Origin: Synechococcus sp.
Lineage (GTDB): Bacteria > Cyanobacteriota > Cyanobacteriia > Thermostichales > PCC-7336
NCBI GenBank assembly: GCA_051439425.1
Contig: JBFRWD010000094.1
Coordinates: forward strand, 1 to 64,000
Direction of reading: 5' to 3'
DNA: 64,000 bases
Shown here: one piece after another, positions 61,209 through 64,000 of the stretch
Position numbering within the stretch: the first letter of the stretch is position 1
Layout: each line of letters opens with the position of its first letter
The notes under the pieces: generated by a model
What the model was told of the DNA's origin: nothing
Database searches by the model: none
Seen by the model: the letters and a program-made list of their open reading frames with translations, nothing else
Position numbers and translations under genes: made by a program

Positions 61209-61338
61209 CTTGTGACTGCCTGAGTCGTTGTATCGACCGCGATCGCCCCTCCTTAAGAGGTGGAATGGTGATAGCCAGATCGCGCGAGTATTGCTCCAGT
61301 TCTTTGAACTAACCAATCCCAAGAGTTAAGAGAGACCG

Positions 61339-61554
61339 ATGTCCTACTTCCGCAAGCGGATGTCGCCCATTAAGCCCGGCGACCCCATTGACTACAAAGA
61401 TACCGAACTGCTTAAGAAGTTCATTACCGAGCGTGGTAAGATTTTGCCCCGCCGCATTACCGGTCTGACTGCCAAGCAGCAGCGCGATATGACGGTCGCG
61501 ATTAAGCGCGCTCGTACCCTGGCTTTGCTTCCATTTTTGAACGCTGAAGGATAA
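61339..61554 (+). CDS. rpsR: 30S ribosomal protein S18
   Basis: [23 protein letters not shown]. Confidence 0.97.
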   Translation: MSYFRKRMSPIKPGDPIDYKDTELLKKFITERGKILPRRITGLTAKQQRDMTVAIKRARTLALLPFLNAEG

Positions 61555-61587
61555 GGGTCTCCCGTTAAAGGGTTATCAGCAATATTA

Positions 61588-62619
61588 GTGCCCGTTCTCA
61601 CCCACTCGTCCACTCGCCCCGGTCTGCCTGCCGAGCTGCAGCAGCGCCTGTCTCAGCCCTTACAGATTGGGACGTTTCGAGTTGATAGTCGAGTGTTGCA
61701 ATCTCCCTTAGCTGGGGTTACGGACGCGGTCTTTCGACGACTTGTGCGGCGTTTTGCGCCGCACAGTTTGCTTTATACGGAAATGATTGGTGCGCAGGGG
61801 CTGGCTGAAGCAAAGAAACAGCCTGCGATCGCCGCGATGGCCGAGGGTGAGAAGCCTATCGGCTTGCAACTTTACGATCGTCGCCCAAAAATTATGGCGG
61901 ATGCCGCCCGGCGAGCTGAAGCGATGGGGGCGGATGTCATCGACATCAATATGGGCTGTCCGGTGCGCAAAATTGCCTGCAAGGGAGGTGGTTCTGCCCT
62001 ATTGCGGGAGCCGGAGCTGGCGACAGACATTGTGGAATCGGTTGTGGCGGCTGTTAGCTTGCCCGTGACGGTGAAGACTCGGATTGGCTGGTCGGAGTCT
62101 TCCATCGAGATTGTCGATTTTGCGCGGCGACTGCAGGATGCTGGAGCCCAGATGCTGACGTTGCATGGGCGCACTCGCGAGCAAGGATTTAAGGGAACGG
62201 CTCGTTGGGAATGGATTGGCCGTGTGAAGCAAGCCTTAGAGATTCCGGTGATTGCCAATGGGGATATTCATTCGGTGGATGCGGCGATCGCTTGTCTGGA
62301 ACTGACCGGGGCGGATGGAGTGATGTGTGCTCGCGGGACATTGGGTTCTCCAGAACTCGTTGGTCACATCGATCGCTATCTCAAAACGGGGGACTATCCA
62401 CCTGCTCTGACGGCGGTGGAGCGCTTGCAGGTGGCCAAAGATCACGTGTGCTGGTTGTGGGAAGACAAAGCAGAGCGCGGCATCTTGCAGGCTCGCAAGC
62501 ACATGATTTGGTACATCGAACAGGTTCCTGAGGCCGCTGAATTTCGTCAGGAACTCTGTCGGATTGAATCGGTAGAATCTGCTGTAGAAATTTTGGATCG
62601 GGCGATCTCCTACATTTAG
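61588..62619 (+). CDS. dusB: tRNA-dihydrouridine synthase B
   Basis: PLAGVTD..FR, DINMGCP, VTVKTRIGW, HGRTR, NGDI. Confidence 0.92.
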   Translation: MPVLTHSSTRPGLPAELQQRLSQPLQIGTFRVDSRVLQSPLAGVTDAVFRRLVRRFAPHSLLYTEMIGAQGLAEAKKQPAIAAMAEGEKPIGLQLYDRRPKIMADAARRAEAMGADVIDINMGCPVRKIACKGGGSALLREPELATDIVESVVAAVSLPVTVKTRIGWSESSIEIVDFARRLQDAGAQMLTLHGRTREQGFKGTARWEWIGRVKQALEIPVIANGDIHSVDAAIACLELTGADGVMCARGTLGSPELVGHIDRYLKTGDYPPALTAVERLQVAKDHVCWLWEDKAERGILQARKHMIWYIEQVPEAAEFRQELCRIESVESAVEILDRAISYI

Positions 62620-62717
62620 TATTCGGCAATGCGCTATGGAGACTTTCTTGAGCCATTTTCCTTGTGTATCAAGGCTTTTAGCTGCCTCTATACTCCAGAT
62701 CTTACAGCGGATGCTAT
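62616..62717 (-). repeat. dispersed ~102-bp element with terminal inverted repeats (MITE-like), copy 3
   Basis: Reverse complement atagcatccgctgtaagatctggag...ctccatagcgcattgccgaatactaa aligns with copies 1 and 2. Confidence 0.75.
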
Positions 62718-63685
62718 GGGGTTGGTTTTGCTAGTTCTGTAATTTCAAATGTGAGGTAGTCAGCCAAAGGCAGTTGGCTTAAAAGGTCATAAACTTGCTT
62801 CCGATTGGTAGCCCTGAACGTGAGAAACCCTTTCCAGTCAGGAGAATCCGCATCAGCTGCCTGGAACTGCAGCAATTTCCCCTCCCGTTTCCAGCGATCG
62901 AGGAGTGCCAGCTCGGTAGCAACGCGATTTCTGTATTCATCATCCGGTTGACGCTGCCGACATACCTCAACCAGGTAGCGATTTTGAACATCGTGGCCCC
63001 AATTCGGGAAATCCGCCATTTTAGGCAACTGTACTGGTTCTTCCGCAAAAAGAGACTTGAGCTTGCGATCGAGTTGGTTAAGATAGTCGGTGCGCTGCTC
63101 ATCAGAAGCCCTTGCCACCGCCCAAGCCACGAATGGTTCTAATGGCAGGAAGCCATTGAACCAGAAAATACCGTGCTGGATGGGAAGCAGAATGTCATTC
63201 ATGGACGGATTCAATCCCCACCCATCGTAGGCAACTGCACCACCTCCTGTAGTGACGATCGCCAAGCCTCGCTTAGCACTCTGGCCCAGCCCAGTTTCGT
63301 AGAGTTTTGGCCCCCCGTAGATGCGTCCCATCGCCAGTACGCGATCGCACCAGCCCTTCAAAATCGCAGGCATCCCAAACCACCAGAGGGGGAAATTGAA
63401 AATCACTGCATCGCATTGTTCGATCTTTTTCATCTCCGTCTCAATATCAGCAGCAAATCCATTCACCTCAGTGGCGTGCATTTCTTCTCGTTGCTGCTTG
63501 AGATAATCGGCATTCTGTGTGGACGTATAATTTCGGCGATCGGACACTGGATCGAACCCCATGGCATACAGGTCAGAGAGAATAACCGTATGTCCAGCGG
63601 CTTCAAGAGATGATTGAGCCTGGCGGCAGAGGGCAGATGAAAAACTTTGAAGTTCGTGATGGGCGTGAACAATCAAGATAATCAT
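62714..63685 (-). CDS. NAD(P)H:quinone oxidoreductase (flavodoxin_2) with extra C-terminal domain
   Basis: SDLYAMGFDP, FPLWWFGMPAILKGWCDRV, TTGG, plus ~90 extra residues ending LPLADYLTFEITEL. Confidence 0.88.
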   Translation of the reverse strand: MIILIVHAHHELQSFSSALCRQAQSSLEAAGHTVILSDLYAMGFDPVSDRRNYTSTQNADYLKQQREEMHATEVNGFAADIETEMKKIEQCDAVIFNFPLWWFGMPAILKGWCDRVLAMGRIYGGPKLYETGLGQSAKRGLAIVTTGGGAVAYDGWGLNPSMNDILLPIQHGIFWFNGFLPLEPFVAWAVARASDEQRTDYLNQLDRKLKSLFAEEPVQLPKMADFPNWGHDVQNRYLVEVCRQRQPDDEYRNRVATELALLDRWKREGKLLQFQAADADSPDWKGFLTFRATNRKQVYDLLSQLPLADYLTFEITELAKPTP

Positions 63686-64000
63686 TAATTAATAACTCCT
63701 CACGAACCTGTCTTTACTTATCAATTCTGGCTTCAAAGCAAGCAACCAAAAGGGATACTTTCGTAATACCGGCTTGGCTTATCGATAAGTTGTATTCTGC
63801 GTTGCTAATCTCAATAAAAGCAGCAATCATTTTATTAAAGCGACTGCGGGATTCTGAATCTGGATGTTGAGCACTTGGTTTGTTCTAGTTGCGCGCTGAA
63901 CGAATTGCCAAGCCTCAGCTAGAAAGTACACGACGAACTCCCAACCCAATCCGCAAGTTAGTCCTTGTGTACCGAAGGTTTTTGACAGCTGCCATCTTGC

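Noticed and set aside
1..64000. Very frequent GCGATCGC octamers
   Set aside because: This is the well-known cyanobacterial HIP1 sequence. It is useful for taxonomy but not novel.

Overview
This is a gene-dense window of a cyanobacterial chromosome. The assignment rests on photosynthesis genes (psaK, petM, cytM), ctaCDE and very frequent HIP1 octamers (GCGATCGC). Most of it is core genome: murF, rpmF, ribBA, trpB, cbiX, ppa, rlmB/mrnC, ubiX, hflX, smc, lpdA, ispD, purF and rpmG-rpsR-dusB. I found no rRNA, intact tRNA, CRISPR array, transposase or phage gene. Main observations: (1) three diverged copies of a ~102-bp element with terminal inverted repeats, one of which contains the stop codons of two convergent genes; (2) an in-frame TAG splitting lpdA; (3) a sulfotransferase + ChrA + SLC13 cluster behind a long AT-rich leader; (4) a FecR-domain/Pro-rich protein paired with an outer-membrane beta-barrel; (5) a GT2-GT-C fusion next to DUF547; (6) a secreted bilobed pepsin-like protease abutting an atypical alpha/beta hydrolase; (7) a ppgK-rapZ-yvcK cluster with a degenerate RapZ P-loop; (8) a perfect 20-bp palindrome upstream of ctaCDE; (9) petM, which the ORF track missed. 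All product calls come from motif recognition by eye, not from database searches.
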